A stretch of DNA of 64,000 nucleotides from Octopus sinensis (GCF_006345805.1 NC_043004.1:34286001-34350000), one strand, 5' to 3'; shown: positions 48,140 to 61,225, counted from the stretch's first letter. A program made the numbers and translations. Notes: a model not told the origin generated them from the letters alone.

Positions 48140-48225
48140 TGCATGTGTGCTTGAGTATGTGTGTGCTTGAGTAAGTGTGTGCTTGAGAATGTGCCTGCTT
48201 GAGTGAGTGTGTGCTTGAGTGTGTG
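48140..48225. repeat. ~16-bp minisatellite (gtgtgtgcttgagt core) x5
   Basis: tgcttgag recurs five times. Confidence 0.8.
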
Positions 48226-48319
48226 TGTTTTATTCTTTTGAGATTGCATGAGGCTTGTAAATGAGCATTGCTCATTTCCAATCTTCTGTAAATATCATGT
48301 TTGGTCATGAGGAATTATT

Positions 48320-48455
48320 ATCTTGCTTTGGAACAAGTGAGGGCTGGCCACAAGAAGGGCACCCAACTGTAGAAAAACTACCTCAAATAATTCCATCCAA
48401 CCCATACAGCCATAGAATAGAGAACATTAGAGCCGTGTTAATGACGATGATGACT
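48320..48455 (+). mobile_element. SINE-B, highly diverged
   Basis: gaagggcacccaactgtagaaa...ccaacccatacagc...gtgttaatgacgatgatg. Confidence 0.5.
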
Positions 48456-49170
48456 TTATCACTTAGAACAATGATAAGGTCCTTGTTATTTTCGTTAGTG
48501 AAGTATGAAAAGCAACTTCTCAATTAGAAAATAATTCATGTTTGAATGGAGATTAACGCTTTGAAATAATTGTTAATTTCTCCAAACTGTTACTCCATGG
48601 TTCAGTTTGAAACTACAATATCGTGTTTCTCTCAGTGATTTACGTTTCATTTCAGTCATTTTCTCGATGCTGTCATGTGTTAAAATGTATGTGGCTACGT
48701 CAGATTCCGTTATTGCTACACATTAGTAATGATACATGTCACAATAAAGTTAACAATTCTATTTCATTCTTAGGGGAATGCTGCTACATTGTGCTTGTCG
48801 CTATAGATAAAGTAAATTTTGTCTGTGATTGAAGTTAATTTTATATCATATTGTAAATCAGCACAATGTTTTATTCCAGAAGTTTCTGCAGATGATATAT
48901 CATAACAAATCGCTTCCTATCATATGTATCAGAAAATATGTTCTCTATTTATTATTAATATGTCTTACTTAAAAATAAAATTAGCACATTGGGAGTAATT
49001 TTATTTTGTAAAAGCTGCCAAACTGATAAAAAGAAAGTTATCTTGAAAGAATCTTTGAAAATAGAATATGGTACAAATGTCTTGGACTTGGAATCATTAA
49101 GCCTTTACACTATTTTATGACCCATTCAAAGCTCTCCAAAAATATTCCAGAAAGAAATATGAAAAATAAC

Positions 49171-49222
<52 letters not shown>

Positions 49223-49759
49223 TAATAATGATAATGATAATAATGTTCCAATGACAAACATAATTACCAGAATTCAATAATATTTGAAAGTTTTCAAATA
49301 TTAATTTGTTGATTTTGTTATTTTTTAGTTGAAGCCAGCTCTAATTGAGTCAATCAAGGACCTGAAGCCTTCCAGCTATGACCATCCCAGTGATTTTTTT
49401 TCTTTTTTGGTTTTGCAGAGAAAACAGGAACATATTTAAAGTACCCTTATCTAAGATGGTAAGGAGTGAAATTAAGGGATTTGGGCTTCTGTTTCTAGCT
49501 AGTTAAGTGTGATCCTGTAGTGGCTCCCTTGAAATAATCGCTGAAAAGTTTTTAAAATGTGATGAACGTTTGTAATGTTACAACACGAGAGAGATAAATT
49601 GCCAGGAGTTAAGGTAGCATGTTATCAGTGCAAGAGTTTGCAGTTCAAACCTGATGCAGTCAATTTCATGTATTTCTGAGGTTGGACAGCTGTAACACGA
49701 CAAATTGTTTGGATTAATTAATGCATTCCTGGATTAAAGAGAAATATATCTGATCTTCA

Positions 49760-50040
49760 TAAAACATGCCAACTTGGAGAAGAAATTCACTGCTTGTGTA
49801 ATGAAAAATTAATCGAAGAGTGTGAGGAACGGGGATGGACTGTCGAGTATTACCACCTGGCAGCAGTAGCTAGAGGCTTCATTAACATTATTTAAAAGAA
49901 GGTTTGCATTTTCGTGCTTAGAGCTGAGAAAAGTAATAAGGAGGATACAGGAGGCAGTAAAAAAAGCCAGCTTCTCTATATGGCTGAAACGAAAAGATCC
50001 AAAATGGCTCAAAAGCCATAACATGCTGACTGGGAAATAG
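49760..50040 (+). mobile_element. HERO-clade LINE C-terminal fragment
   Basis: LIEECEERGWTVEYYHLAAVARGF ... IQEAVKKASFSIWLKRKDPKW fits L.EEC...GW......VG.RGF...A.E.AS.WLWLKR.D..W. Confidence 0.7.
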
Positions 50041-52076
50041 CGTTGCTAGGTGAGACTGTCTGACACTTAAGCAGCATTGCTAATTGACAGGTGGACCAAG
50101 TGCCCTCCTCCTGGTTTGAAGGTTTGTTCTGCCAAACAGCTGGTCAGCTCTGGCTGCTGGAACTGAAACTCACATGACACTATTTGAAGGCAAGTTTAGA
50201 GAGGGCACGGGCTAAGATTATGTGCCCTTCCCCTCCATTGGTCAGTTGAAGTTTAGACAGTGTCACGTGACAACTAGCTGGTGCTGGCTGTTGGAGCCTA
50301 CCAGCAAGTATTTATAGAGAAATTTGGCACGATGGTCAGTCTCCCCCTGACACTCATTGATGCTGCATCAAAGAGGCCAGAGAACAGAAGGAAAAAGGAG
50401 AAAGAAGAATGCACTCAACACCAGAGCTGAAGACATTTCTGAAAAGGGGGACCCCCGCCACTTCAAAAACAGTAGAGGAGTAGGAGCCAAAACCGGACAT
50501 GGTTCCTCCTGATGATGTCTTTAGCCACTGAATCCTATAAAGGAGCTGTTGAGGTAGCAAACCACGAAATATGGTTGGAATTCCTGATTACCTGGCTCTT
50601 TGGTGCCAATAGCTGATGCTGCTCTTTTGCAAGAATTTTATCTACAGCTCTGGTTTAAGAATAACTCTTTTCTCCTCTCAGTCTGCAATGCTTTGAAAAA
50701 TGTCATGAGTGCTGTTTCTTATTTTACTTAACCAAAACAAAAACAAAAACAAAAAAGTTTCCTATTGTTGTTTTCTATAGACAATTAAACAACAGCTTCC
50801 TCCAAAGAATCACTAGGTGTCCTCTTCAACATAATGATTGATTTATGTAAGCTAGCATCTTTGAGAAACATGTGAAAACTGCTATGGCTACTGGGAATAA
50901 AAGGAATGCATAACCCTAGATTCCAACTAATTACTCTTGGAGAATTATTATTGTAAGAGTAATTTGCAGCTAATATTTGTCTTCCTTCCTCACAGCTTCA
51001 TTGCTTAAACATCAAAGAAATCTCAGGTAGACTAATTAACCCTGCCGGAAATCAGAAAATATACAAACAATGAAGAAAGAAATGATAAAACAGAGAAGCA
51101 AATATTTGTATGTCTTGCTTGAACAAAAACAAAAGCATATTTATCAAAAATACATAAACAATTATCAAATATGTTTGACCTAAATTTCTTTGTTGTCCTT
51201 TTAATGGTAGTAAGAGCAAAGTACATATTATTTATAATGTCTGGTGACAATGATTTTATACACTATTACAACACACACAGGAAATTAAATTTTTCCAGCT
51301 AAACCATGTGTGTGCTGAATAAATACTGCCTTGTCTTTTCTTTCCAGTTTCCATAAGATCTTCCTTGGTATAAATTGGTAATTAACTTATAAAGGCTGCA
51401 AGCAAATTGTAAATGAAAAAAAGTACAAAACTGGAAAGAAAATGAAAACACAAAAACCAAAAGCACAATACTAGAAACAACAAAAAAGTAAAACAAAAAA
51501 ATGTAAAAAAAAAAAAAAAGGAAAAGACCCGGAAAGCAGTGGAAGATCTGAAACTAATTTTTGGAACTAATCAGTTAGGTTAATCGATAAAAGTAGTGAG
51601 ATGAAGGGATTGATAACAATAAAGGTTGCAGTCAGTAAAAGCAATCAGCAAAAGAGTCAGGCTGCTTAATATAGGTGCAAGTTTAATTACCAGTTGCAAG
51701 AATGGTTAACAATGGTAGTGGCAGAAAGAGTCAAGAGCAGAAAAAAACATTTAGCGAGAAAGAGGATATTGAAATGACACAACATCTAACGAGATATTTT
51801 ATATTGTTTTATTATGCTTATTTCACAAGTTGTTGCTACTGCTTCTGTTGTTGCTGTTATTGTTGTTGTTGTTTTGTTGTTGTTGTATTGCTATAGCAAC
51901 GAAATTTATTGCTGTATCAGATGTTGCAGTCATCATTCATATGACATATATCTATTGTGGTGAATGGAGTGAATAGAGAACATATGAGGCAGAACAAAAG
52001 AAACAAAACAGATACAACAATAAACAAAATCAAATATTAAATAGGTGTAAATTGGCTGCTTCTCCTTCTTCTCCCT

Positions 52077-52390
52077 CAGAGTGTGCACACTGACATTACA
52101 CATCCATCAGAGCATACTGGCTTCATTCTTTGCAAGCTTACGCATGTCCTCAGCAGTCACGGCCCATGTTTCACTGCCGTGTAGCATGGCTGTTCGTACA
52201 CATGTGCCAGACAGTCTATCTTTTACTCTGAGTGAGAGGCCCTTTGTCACCAGCAGAGGTAAGAGCTCTCTGAACTTTGCCTAGGCTATTCTTATTCTAG
52301 CAGCTACACTTTCAATACACCCTCCCCCGCTACTGACGTGGTCACCTAGGTAATGGAAGCTATCAACTACTTCTAGTTTTTCTCCCTGGA
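52077..52390 (-). mobile_element. RTE LINE fragment (RT C-terminal/thumb region)
   Basis: EKLEVVDSFHYLGDHVSSGGGCIESVAARIRIA*AKFRELLPLL...AMLHGSETWAVT...NEASML*WMC. Confidence 0.9.
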
Positions 52391-52424
52391 ATGTGGCGGA
52401 AATTGTTCTCTCTCTCTCTCTCTG

Positions 52425-52670
52425 TATCATCATCATCATCGTTTAACATCCGCTTTCCATGCTAGCATGGGTTGGACGGTTCAACTGGGGTCTGGGAAGC
52501 CCGAAGGCTGCACCAGGCCAGTCAGATCTGGCAGTGTTTCTACAGCTGGATGCCCTTCCTAACGCCAACCACTCCGTGAGTGTAGTGGGTGCTTTTTATG
52601 TGCCACCGACACAGGTGCCTGATGAGGCTGGTGAACGGCCCCGCTTGGATGGTGTTTTTTACGATGGCTC
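52425..52670 (-). mobile_element. SINE-B, young
   Basis: catcatcgtttaacatccgctttccatgctagcatggg...cagctggatgcccttcctaacgccaacc. Confidence 0.92.
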
Positions 52671-52745
52671 CCCCCTTGTTATCGAGTATGGCCATTGCCC
52701 GAAACGTAACTGTTATTGGTGCTGTGATCAAATGTGACTTTGATC

Positions 52746-53041
52746 AACCATAACATTACATGACATGTCAGATTAGCCAGAAGGGCAGGGCAAACCATAA
52801 CATTACATGACATGTTAGATTAGCCACAGGAGCAGGGCAAACCATAACATTACATGATATGTCAGATTCGCCACAGGGGTAGGGCAAACCATAACATTAC
52901 ATGACAGGTCAGATTAGCCACAGGGGCAGGGCAAACTATAACATTACATGACATGTCAGATTAGCCAGAGGGGCAGGGACAACCATAACATTACATGACA
53001 TGTCAGATTAGCCAGAGGGGTAGGGTCATCCATAACATTAC
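52746..53041. repeat. 47-bp minisatellite, 6.3 copies
   Basis: Unit aaccataacattacatgacatgtcagattagcca(c/g)aggggcagggca starting at 52746, 52793, 52840, 52887, 52934, 52981, partial at 53028. Confidence 0.95.
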
Positions 53042-53079
53042 TCCCTCAATAGAAAACCCCACTCGGGAGTCTTGCTTTA

Positions 53080-53132
53080 TAGTAGTAGTAGTAGTGGCAG
53101 CAGCAGCAGCAGTAGTAAGAACATTTGCAGCA

Positions 53133-53187
<55 letters not shown>

Positions 53188-53220
53188 TAGCAGTAGTAGT
53201 AGTAGCAGTAGTAGTAGATA
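53080..53220. repeat. (TAG)n/(CAG)n compound microsatellite
   Basis: Directly visible. Confidence 0.9.
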
Positions 53221-53559
53221 AACAGTGACAATTCGGATAGGTTTTAGCTCAGAATTATAACATATAAACACAATGGTTGTAGTAAGGTTTTTAACTTATG
53301 GCCATGTTGCCAGTCGTCCTAAACAGACATTGTCCGTCAGCTTGTCTGTCTTAGCTTTCCAACTACATGGTTCTGGGTTCAGTCCCACTGCATGGTACCT
53401 TAGGCAGGTGTCTTTCAATATGTATGTATGTATGTATGTATATGTATGTATGTATGTATGTATATGTATGTATGTATGTATATGTATGTGTCTCCCTGTC
53501 TCACTTTCCTCTTCTACAAATAACATGTCAGTTTATATATATATATATGAATGTGTGTA

Positions 53560-53590
<31 letters not shown>

Positions 53591-53916
53591 GCACACACAC
53601 ACATATAACTGATGACTTGTGAAATTTTTCAGCAGTAAAAAATAAAAATAAAAAACAATATATGTATGCAAACATATGTGTGTCTGTGCATGTATATATG
53701 CATATATATATATATATATGGAAATGTAAATGTGTGTGTGCATGTATGTATGTATGCATATATATATATATATATATATATAAATGTGTGTGTGTGTGTG
53801 TGTGTATATACACACACACACACACACGCACACACATATACACTAGAGTAATGAGTTGTGAAAGAGTCAGCTTCAAAAACAAACTATATATATTTATGCA
53901 TGCAGGTGGGGGTTTG

Positions 53917-54154
53917 TGCAAAAGTAGGTATACAGTTATGAAAAAAGAAAACACATTCAATATTCATTTATTTTTATCAAAAAAGATAAAAGTTAGCCTC
54001 ATCTTTTGATATTTTCAGTGTTATTAATCATAATAATACATTTATCATACGTACATTAATACTTTTATCATAACTTTTAATTTTTTTGATAAAAATAAAT
54101 GATTATTGTGTGTTTACTTTTTTTCTTTTTCATAACTGTATACCTGGTTTTGCA
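53917..54154. repeat. Older inverted-repeat (MITE-like) element, ~80-bp arms
   Basis: 53917-53995 vs 54071-54154: aggtatacagttatgaaaa and tcatttatttttatcaaaaaa are mirrored. Confidence 0.8.
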
Positions 54155-54159
54155 TCCCC

Positions 54160-54340
54160 GTGAAAAGCATCCAGTGCCACTCTGTAAAGTGGTTGGCATT
54201 AGGAAGGGCATCCAGCCATAGAAATCATGCCAGAGCAGATAAATGGGAGCCTGGGCAGCTCCCCAGCTGATCAGTTCTGGTTAAACTATCCAATCCATGC
54301 CATCATGGAAAACAGACTTTAAATGATGATGATGAGGAGG
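54160..54340 (+). mobile_element. SINE-B
   Basis: ggttggcattaggaagggcatccagcc...catggaaaacagactttaaatgatgatgat. Confidence 0.8.
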
Positions 54341-54696
54341 ATAAAATAACTACCAGTTGAACAAGGGGTTGAGGTAATTGAATGACCCCTCCCTCAATAT
54401 TGCTGGCCTTGTATCGAAATTGGAAACCGTTATTACCACAATGTTTGTAATTGGTTTATTATTGGACAACAGGCAGTTAAACTTGTTCCCAATCCTAAAT
54501 ATCCACCATTGCCAGAGCAAAATCTTCAGCTGCTTATTCTGCTAGGTTTAGTAATATAAAAAAAAAAAAAAACTGGAATATATGGATAAATAATATTAGT
54601 GAATGTCAAAATATCAACTATTTTGTAAATGATGGTGAAAGATGATGCTGAAAAGTGCAGCTGTAGAAGAAGCTGACTCGCTTCTTTATAATGTTC

Positions 54697-55301
54697 TTAA
54701 CTCTTTAGTGCTCAGATTACTCTGTCAAATGTGTCAACATCATCATCATCATCATCATCGCCATCATCATTATCATCAGCATTTAACGCTTGTTTTCCAT
54801 GCTGGCATGGGTTGGACGGTTTGACTGAAAGCTGGTAAACTGGGTTGGGCTGCACCAGGTTCTGATCTGATTTGGCAAGGTTTCTACAGCTGGAATCCCT
54901 TCCTAATGCCAACCACTCCAAGAGTGTAATAGGTGCTCTTTTATGTGCCATCGGCACAGGTGCTACTGACCTGACACCATCATCATCCATGACTACAGTC
55001 TCGCTCTGACTGGTCTACACGAGCATGGCGTATTACCAATGGTCTCGATATCCATGCTTGAGTAGACGTGTCAAGCTAAGTGAGACAGTAGCCGTGGCCG
55101 ATGTAAAGTAATGCTTATTTATTCACATTGTTTTGAATTAATCATACATGATTTTGTAGCTTTGGGATTTTAACGGTGTGATTGATTAGTTTTATAATGA
55201 CATTGTAGGGTAGGTGTGAGAGGCAGGATCTGGCCACTTTGAACATGAAACAAGTAAAATATTTTGGCTGGATATAGCTGGTTTAAATGCTAAACATCTA
55301 A
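54697..55301. mobile_element. piggyBac-type MITE split by a SINE-B insertion
   Basis: TTAACTCTTTAG left end to tcaaatgt (54732); resumes at 55102 taatgcttatttattcac; collinear with the uninterrupted copy at 43690-43890. Confidence 0.75.
54736..55101 (-). mobile_element. SINE-B with RTE ORF terminus and fold-back at its 5' junction
   Basis: (CAT)n tail, family B body, then 54990-55028 inverted against 55052-55092. Confidence 0.8.
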
Positions 55302-55659
55302 TACTTATCAACTTTTGTCTTGTAGTATTGGATCCCTTTAATCATACGACATGATGCTTTTACTACAACAAAGCCTTTAATACCTTTAACATTAGCATTC
55401 TTAGGGAATTGCAACAAATATTGATTCCTTGATTTTAAGAATTTCTGAATTTAGCTTCGTTTTTGATCAACTGCTAATTTTCGGTAAAGTTCACAGGCAA
55501 AAAACAAAAGCTGATTGAGCTGAAGAAAAGCTTAGTTCTATGATTCGAAAGAAATATTTTAACTAATTATTACAAAATTAGCTGGAACCATCACACATTA
55601 TATTGCTTTTATATAAAGGGAAAGTTATTGTAAACCTTTGCAATATATCGTCTTTGTAA

Positions 55660-55925
55660 TAATGGAGTGCGATGGCATGAGCATGTGTTGAGGAGAGATG
55701 AAGAACATGTTCTGAGGATGGTACTTGGGTTTGAGGTAAATGAACTGTGAAAGCAAGGTAGATCGAGGAAAATGTGGAGGGGACAGGTGGAGGGTTGGCT
55801 TGAGAAGGGAGGACGCCCAAAACGAGGCAAAATGGCAAGATGGTGTGAGGGTGGTTGGTATGGCATTGAGGTAGATCTAACCACCCTGGGATTTAAAACA
55901 CTGGATGAGGATGAGGATGAGGATG
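55660..55925 (+). mobile_element. RTE LINE C-terminal fragment and 3' end
   Basis: GVRWHEHVLRRDEEHVLRMVLGFEV..GRSRKMW...GLRREDAQNEAKWQDGV; (GGATGA)n tail. Confidence 0.8.
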
Positions 55926-56957
55926 AATAACATGCGTTAAAACTGAAAATTATATCTGCTGAAATCCTTCTACATCACTGCCACATCATACCAAAATCTT
56001 CATGTTGGTGGTCTTAGACAGCATTCTGGGAACTTTTAATTTGATCTCAGATATTGATAAGTACCACCAGGAGAAGGAAATTCATGATTCCTTCTGGAAG
56101 ATAACATTTTGGAATAAAATTAGGTTCTTTTCTTTACACAGATCAAGAAATTGATTTCTGTCAGTAAAGTTACTTTTTATTTTCTAACCAAAATCTTCTG
56201 AGCACAAATTCTTTATTATTTCATGAAGTTCCATTTCTAACAATGTGCCTGCATACATTTCTTCTATTGCTTCTACCGAAATTCTTCAAAAAGAAAATAA
56301 TGGCATGTTCCTTACTAAAGGGTAGTCTTCTAAGCTTTCTTCTATGTCTTCATCTGAAATAATCTTTTTTTGTGCAGAACCCAGATTTTTTATCCTGGCT
56401 GTTAATTCCAGTGTAGTGTTCTATATTTCAGAGTTAATGGAATGGTTAATTTTCTTTATTCTGGCTTCCCACAGATTGTTGTAACACTTTAAAGAATCAT
56501 TCCTTTCTTGGAAGGTGCTAAATATTTAATTCCTGAAACAGGAATCATAAAGTCTAAAACAAAGCACTATCTAATTGCATCGGAAAATAAAATAAATTAA
56601 GAGCAAATGATAAATTAATAACAAACAAAACAAATCAGACAAAATCTACAGAGATCTTCAAAGAGAAGGAAAAACAACAACAGAAATGAAGGAAAAATTA
56701 GAAAAATAAGTAAATTTTTCAAATTGAAAAAATCTTATGGCAAATCAATTAAATTATAAAGGGAAATTGTTTGATCCAGCGATTTGTGTAGGTGTTTACA
56801 CTCATTTACGCATACAGAACATTATGTCTCAACAGCTTGGAAATGGAATTTGGCTGATAGAAACTATGGGGAAGCCTGCTTTATATAATATAGAATATAC
56901 ATACATACAACCATACATACATACACACATACATACATACATATATATATATATATA

Positions 56958-57029
56958 GGGAGAAATCACGATAAAGCAAAAGACGAAAACAGGTGGTGTA
57001 CAAAACAAACAGATGTATTAGTATAACGC
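56958..57029 (-). mobile_element. Truncated copy of the family-4 element in a TA tract
   Basis: aaaagacgaaaacaggtggtgtacaaaacaaacagatgtattagtataacgc matches 19970-20025; HHR part absent. Confidence 0.7.
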
Positions 57030-57181
57030 CCATATGTGTGCATATATATATATGAACACATATATACACACACATATACGCATAAATATATGCACTCACA
57101 CATACACACACATGCACTCACACATATGTATACATACATGTATAAATATATGTGGCACACATACATACATACATACATACA

Positions 57182-57213
<32 letters not shown>

Positions 57214-57889
57214 CACATGCATACATACATACATAGCTACATTAATGATGGCTGCTTCTTCATTCTTGAGTGTAGCCATTGTCTGAAGCACTTCAGAATC
57301 GGTTTTGTTTGAGCAGCACAATTGTGACTTTCCAGGCTAGCAAGTGACCCACATACATGTTAGGGTTACATACATGATTGCCCCTAACACCAGGAGCCAC
57401 CTGTTGGTCATCATGCACTTTCATGTGGACGTTTCTATTCCCCACCTGACAGACAAACATTGCTACATTCATGACATGTTGCTATGCTGTGCATGGTGTA
57501 ATCCAAGTCAATTCTTTGTACATGGCCTCTTCTATGACTCTTCAGTTCTGCTATGTTGAAGAAGATTCTCCAACATTCACCACTTCTCAGCTCATTCTTA
57601 TTACCTACAATTCCTAAAAATGTCCCATCCCCATCCTTCCTTGCATCCCACTTCATGATTTCTTCAACCAATTTCAAAGTTGAGAAATAATGCTTTGCAT
57701 TCTTTGTTTAAATTCTGAAACTATATGCCTCCTTCCCCCCGGCCCCCAAAGGTCCACTTTGTCTCTCATCCTTTCAAGATCAATAAAATGAATTACCAAT
57801 CAAGGAATGGAATCAATAGCATCAACAACTCCCCCTCCCCACCTCAAAATTTCTGGCCTTGTGCCTGCATTAGAAACACCTTATTATTT

Positions 57890-58350
57890 TCATCATCATC
57901 ATCGTTTAACGTCCGCTTTCCATGCTAGCATGGGTTGGACGATTTGACTGAGGTCTGGTGAACCAGATGGCTGCACCTGACTCCAATCTGATCTGGTAGA
58001 GTTTCTACAGCTGGATGCCCTTCCTAATGCCAACCACTCCAAGAGTGCAGTGGGTGCTTTTACATGCCATCGGCACAAGGGCCAGTCAGGCGGTACTGGC
58101 AACGGCCACACTCAAATGGTGTTTTTTACATGCCACCTGTACAGGAGCCAGTTCAGCAGCACTGGCAACGACCTTGCTTGAATGTTTTCTTTTTCACATG
58201 CCACCAGCACAAGTGCCAGTAAGGCGACACAGGTAGCAATCACGGTCAAATGGTGTTTTTTACTGCCACCAGCACGGAAGCCAGTTGGCTGCTCTGGCAG
58301 TGATCATGCTCGGATGGTGCTTTTAGCGCTCCACTAGTAAGGATGGCAGT
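57890..58350 (-). mobile_element. SINE-B with internal tandem units
   Basis: catcgtttaacgtccgctttccatgctagc... plus ~5 units containing aaatggtgttttt...tgccacc. Confidence 0.9.
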
Positions 58351-58364
58351 CATCCTCATTGTTA

Positions 58365-58800
58365 AAGTGGTGAGCTGGTAAAATTATCACCACGGGGGAC
58401 AAAATGCCTGGTGGTATTTCTACTGAATCTTTATGTTCTGAGTTCAAATCTTACCAAGGACAGCTTTACCATTCATCCTTTTGGGATAAGATTTGAACTC
58501 TGGGGTCGATGTGATTGACTAATTACCCACCCTTAAAAACTGTTGACCTTGTCCCCAAATTAGAAAGAAATGTAGCAAGCTGGCAGAATCCTTAGGAAGC
58601 TGAGCCAAGTACTCAACAGCATCTCGTCTGGTTTTACTTTCTCATCTCAAATGTTGCTGAGGTTTGACTCGGCCTTTCAACCTTTCAGGGGTCGATCAAG
58701 TAAGCAGGGGTTAATTACCAGGATTGATGTAATTGATTAGCCCTAACCCACAACCACCCAACCCATCGAAATTTCAGTCTTTGTGCCTCTCATGCAAAAA
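58365..58800 (+). mobile_element. Two tandem diverged SINE-C copies
   Basis: gagctggtaaaa...gagttcaaatc...ggggtcgatgtgattgac and aagctggcagaatcc...ctcaaatgttgctgagg...ggggtcgatc. Confidence 0.6.
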
Positions 58801-59186
58801 TTATCATCATCATCATCATTAACATCACCATCACTACAAGAAGAAAAAGAAAAAGAAAAAGGAGGAGGAGGAGAAGAAGGAGAAGAACTACAACAGCAAC
58901 AACAACTACCACTACTACTAGTAGTACTAGTACTGCCACTGCTGCTGTTGTTGTTGTTGTTGTTAAGCAACAAGATGGGTAAAGGTGATTAGGTGATGGT
59001 CTAGGGCTTAGGGGTGGGAGACCCCAGACCTTTTGAAAAAATAAACTTTGGTTGTCTTGTTGTAGTCGAGGTCTCCTTGTTGACGCCTGACACCACTGGG
59101 AGGTGGCCCTCGAAGTCGCTGGAAATGGAGATCTCCAGGTTCAAATTCTTGGACAGCTGCAGCTGCTGCTACTACTACTGCTACTG

Positions 59187-59228
<42 letters not shown>

Positions 59229-59959
59229 TACTACTACTACAGTTGCTGCTGCTGCAAATTGTTTTGTTATTATTAACATAGACTACTTTAATAAAATATT
59301 ATATTTGCATGGAATACTTTCCTAAAATGTCTGTTCAAAGATCCAAACAGACAAGTTCGAAAAGTAAAGTTTGAACTGATTTGAGATCTTTCGACTTCTT
59401 TCAAGAATTCCCAACGATTTAATTAGATTTGATGAACTAGGGAAAAATAAGAACCAACTTTCTATGCATTCTTACCGAGTTGACAGAACGCCAATAATAT
59501 AAAGAAAAATAAACAAATTAAGAACAGAACCAAGGAAATTCAAAATAACATTTGCCTACATTTGTTTAGTTTGGACTGTGGCTTCAATCAAGCGTAACAT
59601 CAATAAATTACTCAGAGATTCATGCTGCATTGAAAGAATACAAGAAAAAAAGAAATGGAAATGCAAAGAAAATCTAAAGGTCATAGGTAGCTGTCTACAA
59701 TAATTGATGTTGTGAAATTAGCATGTAATTCAGTAAAAATGTTGTGGATACCTTAGGAAGAAGGGGATAGCCAGCAAGCATGGCAAACACAGGTAAAATG
59801 CGGATGATTGAAGAAATTGTTACCGATTCTACAGAGTCTTTGATAAAGAGAAATCAAAACATTAGAAAATCTCTGAATTTATATCATTTGTTTGAAAATG
59901 ATTATTTTCATTGTCCTCTTGGTATAATAGATTCTGATTTTCAGTGATTTTACCAAATA

Positions 59960-59999
59960 TACACACATACGTGCATACATACATACATACATACATACA

Positions 60000-60031
<32 letters not shown>

Positions 60032-60084
60032 CATACATACATACATACATAAATAAATAAATACATACATACATACATATATGC

Positions 60085-60115
<31 letters not shown>

Positions 60116-60216
60116 CATACATATATATATATATATATACATATATATACATATATACATATAGGTACATAGATAGATATACATACATACATTCATATAT
60201 ACACATACATATACAT

Positions 60217-60266
<50 letters not shown>

Positions 60267-60665
60267 TATATACATGTGCGTATGTGTATATTTACATATA
60301 TAAATATGTATATATATATAAAATATATACATATATACAGTTATATATAAATATATATATGTATATGCATGTATATACATACATACATGGATATAACATA
60401 CTCATATACATATATGTAACAAACAGGCATATATGCATACAACATACATTCAACATACATATATATACATACGAATCTGTGTACATATATATAGATCTAT
60501 ATCTATGTATATGTCTATACCTCTGTGTGTGTATGTGCTTGTGCACTTGGTTTTGTATGTATGTATGTATGTATGTATGTATGTATGTATGTATGTTTGT
60601 ATGTTTGTATGTATGTATGTAGGTAGGTAGGTAGTAGGTAGGTAGGTAGGTAGGCAGTATGTAGG
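59960..60665. repeat. Long compound (TACA)n/(TA)n/(TATG)n/(TAGG)n microsatellite
   Basis: Directly visible. Confidence 0.95.
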
Positions 60666-61225
60666 TAGGTCCGATTGTGGTTCAAATTTGAAATAGTGTT
60701 TTATATGTTAAGTAAAGTGATCTCCGTCTGGTTCACTGCCTCAAGCCATCTCGGTCATATGAATTCTCTGCTGATAAAACATGAATAAAGTAACTAGTCT
60801 TTGAGAAGCTTTATTTTAGATATTGTCTTCAGGCAGACCAGGTTTCTCTGCTATTTTACAATATTCTTCTTTATGCCACGTTATTGTTAAAAAATCCAGA
60901 TACAATGTCAGCTGGAATTTAGGATGTAACTTATAAATCTACTGAACTTTCATAATGTTTGCTAACCATAGGTTAAACAGTCAGAAGTTTTGAGCCAATT
61001 TCCGTGGAATTTAAAGAAACCTCATGTGGAACATGGTAGGAAATTTAAGTAAAATATTAGGAGAAAACTGATTTTTAATGCTTTAATAGTGAGTAAGAAT
61101 TATCGTTATTGTACACATGAGTGAATACAGAGAGAGAGAGAGACATATACATACATATATATATATGTATATATATCTATCTATCTATATATAAATATAT
61201 ATATATATAATATATATATATATAT

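Noticed and set aside
52746-53041. CRISPR-like repeat/spacer appearance
   Set aside because: The variable parts are 13-nt homologous variants, not unique spacers; eukaryotic context; no cas genes
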